Assembly (NCBI GenBank): GCA_046484245.1
Contig: JAWOBN010000067.1
Location: 1 to 29,364, forward strand
Length of the DNA: 29,364 bases
Direction: 5' to 3'
Source: a bacterium
GTDB taxonomy: Bacteria; Hydrothermota; 32-111
Position 1 is the stretch's first letter, and each line of letters begins with the position of its first letter. Made by a program: the position numbers and the translations under genes. Below the pieces are notes generated by a model. That model had not been told where the DNA came from, did no database searches, and was given only the letters and a program-made list of their open reading frames with translations. Below, in pieces: positions 27,695-29,364 of the stretch.

Positions 27695-27722
27695 ATAATA
27701 CATTCTTTGTTTTCTTTGTCAA
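27695..27722 (-). promoter_or_regulatory. Sigma70 promoter of pckA
   Basis: Minus strand TTGACA-16 nt-TATTAT. Confidence 0.55.
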
Positions 27723-27730
27723 TAAATATT

Positions 27731-27841
27731 ACTGGTTGCGCAAAGGTGCTTGATGAGAGATGCCTTCGCCTCCGGATTAATTATGAGTAAATATAATTTT
27801 CCCAAGCAGTTTAATCTTGAGGAATAATATCGGTGTTGATT
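27731..27841. repeat. Structured intergenic repeat, copy 3 (5'-truncated)
   Basis: ACTGGTTGCGCAAAGGTGCT matches copy 1 ACGGGTTGAGCAAAGGTGCT. The tail 27768-27839 aligns ungapped to 14754-14825 at 48/72 nt. Confidence 0.7.
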
Positions 27842-27883
27842 TAAAATCAGTCTGTATTATAGTAGTAAAAAAAGGATTAAGGA

Positions 27884-28267
27884 ATGGAGATACTGTCTTA
27901 CATAGCAATGGGTATTATATCCATTGCCACAATCGCAATAATCATAATGCTTGAATTCAAAAAGAGTAAACTTATTGACATGTTCTTTGAATGGCCCAAA
28001 TACAAACAATTTATCTGGGATTTTATAATTATATTTTCCCTTGTTGTCATATTCATGGATAATTGGAGAATAGGACTGCTCTGGCTGGGGCTCACTCTTG
28101 CTTCAACAGTCTATGCAGGTGTCAGTATTTACAGGAGCAGAGAATTGAGGGAGTATGCGCGTAGTAAAATGGAAAAGGATATCAGGCAGATGAGAGAGGA
28201 TGCTGATTCAGGTGATGAAGAGAATAATGACAATAATACTCACAGTGATGAGGAAGATTCCGGTTGA
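27884..28267 (+). CDS. Hypothetical membrane protein (3 TM helices, acidic tail)
   Basis: 127-aa ORF with AAGGA upstream and hydrophobic helices. Putative promoter TTGATT-16-TATAGT. Confidence 0.7.
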   Translation: MEILSYIAMGIISIATIAIIIMLEFKKSKLIDMFFEWPKYKQFIWDFIIIFSLVVIFMDNWRIGLLWLGLTLASTVYAGVSIYRSRELREYARSKMEKDIRQMREDADSGDEENNDNNTHSDEEDSG

Positions 28268-28887
28268 CTGCTGCCAGGTATATTCCTGCTGATGCGAATC
28301 ATCCCAATGCCGCAGGCAGTCATGAAGAGTATTATGATTATCAGTATTATTGCATTATTTTCCGGAGAGCTGCCGGCAGACATTATACTGACAATCCTTA
28401 TATAATCACCACCCGGGAAAACAATGCCGCCGTCATGCAGGAATTTTCCTGTAACAGTTATTGTATCCCCTGAAACCGCATTAAAGGAATGCCCCGGATA
28501 GAGTAATCCTATGCTTGCGGGAATGAACATCCTAACAGCATTTCGGGGATAGGGTCTCATGGCAGGAATACTGTCTGGAATATCACTACTCTCAATAAAC
28601 TGTTTTAATTCATTCAGTGTATAGTATTGCGGGGGTGAGGACAGGGGGACAAGCACACCCTTTCTCCCGGACATGTCCTCAGTATTGTAATACATGCCCT
28701 CTACCATAACCCATTTGCCGTCAAAATCATCCGGTGACTGTGCTACTGCTTCCACAGAGGCCTCATGAGCCAGTGAAGGGAAGAGGGAGTAATGTAAACC
28801 GCCTGCAAATCCCATTGCTGTTACTGACAGTGCAACTGCTATAAAAAGCAATCCGCTGAAGTGTAATAACCGGGCAATAATACGCAT
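28240..28887 (-). CDS. Hypothetical membrane protein with a possible OB-fold-like extracytoplasmic domain
   Basis: N- and C-terminal TM helices, FDGKWVMVEG and GDTITVTGKF. Start chosen at the ATG at 28887, although the ORF is open to 28947. Confidence 0.6.
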   Translation of the reverse strand: MRIIARLLHFSGLLFIAVALSVTAMGFAGGLHYSLFPSLAHEASVEAVAQSPDDFDGKWVMVEGMYYNTEDMSGRKGVLVPLSSPPQYYTLNELKQFIESSDIPDSIPAMRPYPRNAVRMFIPASIGLLYPGHSFNAVSGDTITVTGKFLHDGGIVFPGGDYIRIVSIMSAGSSPENNAIILIIIILFMTACGIGMIRISRNIPGSSQPESSSSL

Positions 28888-28958
28888 AGCTTTATTATAG
28901 AGTGTACTCATGATAAGGCAAGAGACAAACACATCAGTATCTATCAATATACCTTCTC

Positions 28959-28987
28959 TCCAAATCCCAGGGACAGCCCTTCACATT
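28959..28987 (+). repeat. REP-like unit (GGGAC-n-GTCC family)
   Basis: TCCAAATCCCAGGGACAGCCCTTCACATT versus TCCAAATCCCAGGGACAGTCCTTGAAATT at 29151-29179 (26/29 identical). Confidence 0.7.
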
Positions 28988-29095
28988 ATTTACATTTTAG
29001 GTTCTTCTCCAAAAGAGTTGGAAAAAAGAAATGCAGGATAACTGAGAGGAGAATTATCAATGCCAAAGATTGAAGATATCAGAGAACAAAACGTA

Positions 29096-29364
29096 AAACA
29101 GCCGAAATACACCTTAACTCCTGTTATTTATGCAATTACATAAGATTTTGTCCAAATCCCAGGGACAGTCCTTGAAATTTGTGCAAATTGACAAAAGTAT
29201 ATTTTTCGTAAGTCCAGAATTAACATCACTTAAATAGAAAATGTCTGTAAGTTGATAAATGTCGGGCCAGAAATCACTTGAATTTCAAGGACTGTCCCTG
29301 GGATTTGGACAAAATCTTATGTAATTGCATAAATAACAGGAGTTAAGGTGTATTTCGGCTGTTT
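29096..29364. repeat. Perfect inverted repeat of at least 84 bp with a 101-bp spacer, containing REP-like units
   Basis: 29096-29179 is the exact reverse complement of 29281-29364. The right arm runs off the window. Confidence 0.9.

Noticed and set aside
29188..29216. Invertible promoter inside the long inverted repeat
   Set aside because: TTGACA is present, but there is no convincing -10 at 16-18 nt and no recombinase in the window. It remains only a possibility.

Overview
Gene-dense, roughly 40% GC (by eye) chromosomal window from a diderm bacterium. The gene content suggests an anaerobic protein degrader of the FCB/WOR-3/TA06 neighbourhood (inference). It holds three large secreted proteases with T9SS-type C-terminal sorting domains (two M6 zinc proteases and one C25 gingipain-like protease) and two Omp85-family barrels, one fused to a gluzincin peptidase domain and a beta-propeller. 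Metabolic genes are lpdA, a split methylmalonyl-CoA mutase large subunit, mce, ptb, rpiB, glnA and pckA. A tRNA-Ala(GGC) heads a lipoprotein/TPR/Omp85 operon. The most unusual signal is non-coding. A ~150-bp structured repeat occurs three times (6129-6282, 14675-14827, and 5'-truncated at 27731-27841). It shows compensatory base changes, and in every copy a conserved GC lies exactly 68 nt upstream of the TTGA of the next gene's -35 box. The window also has a mosaic of heptamer repeats and REP-like palindromes at 4081-4687, and a perfect 84-bp inverted repeat at the right edge.
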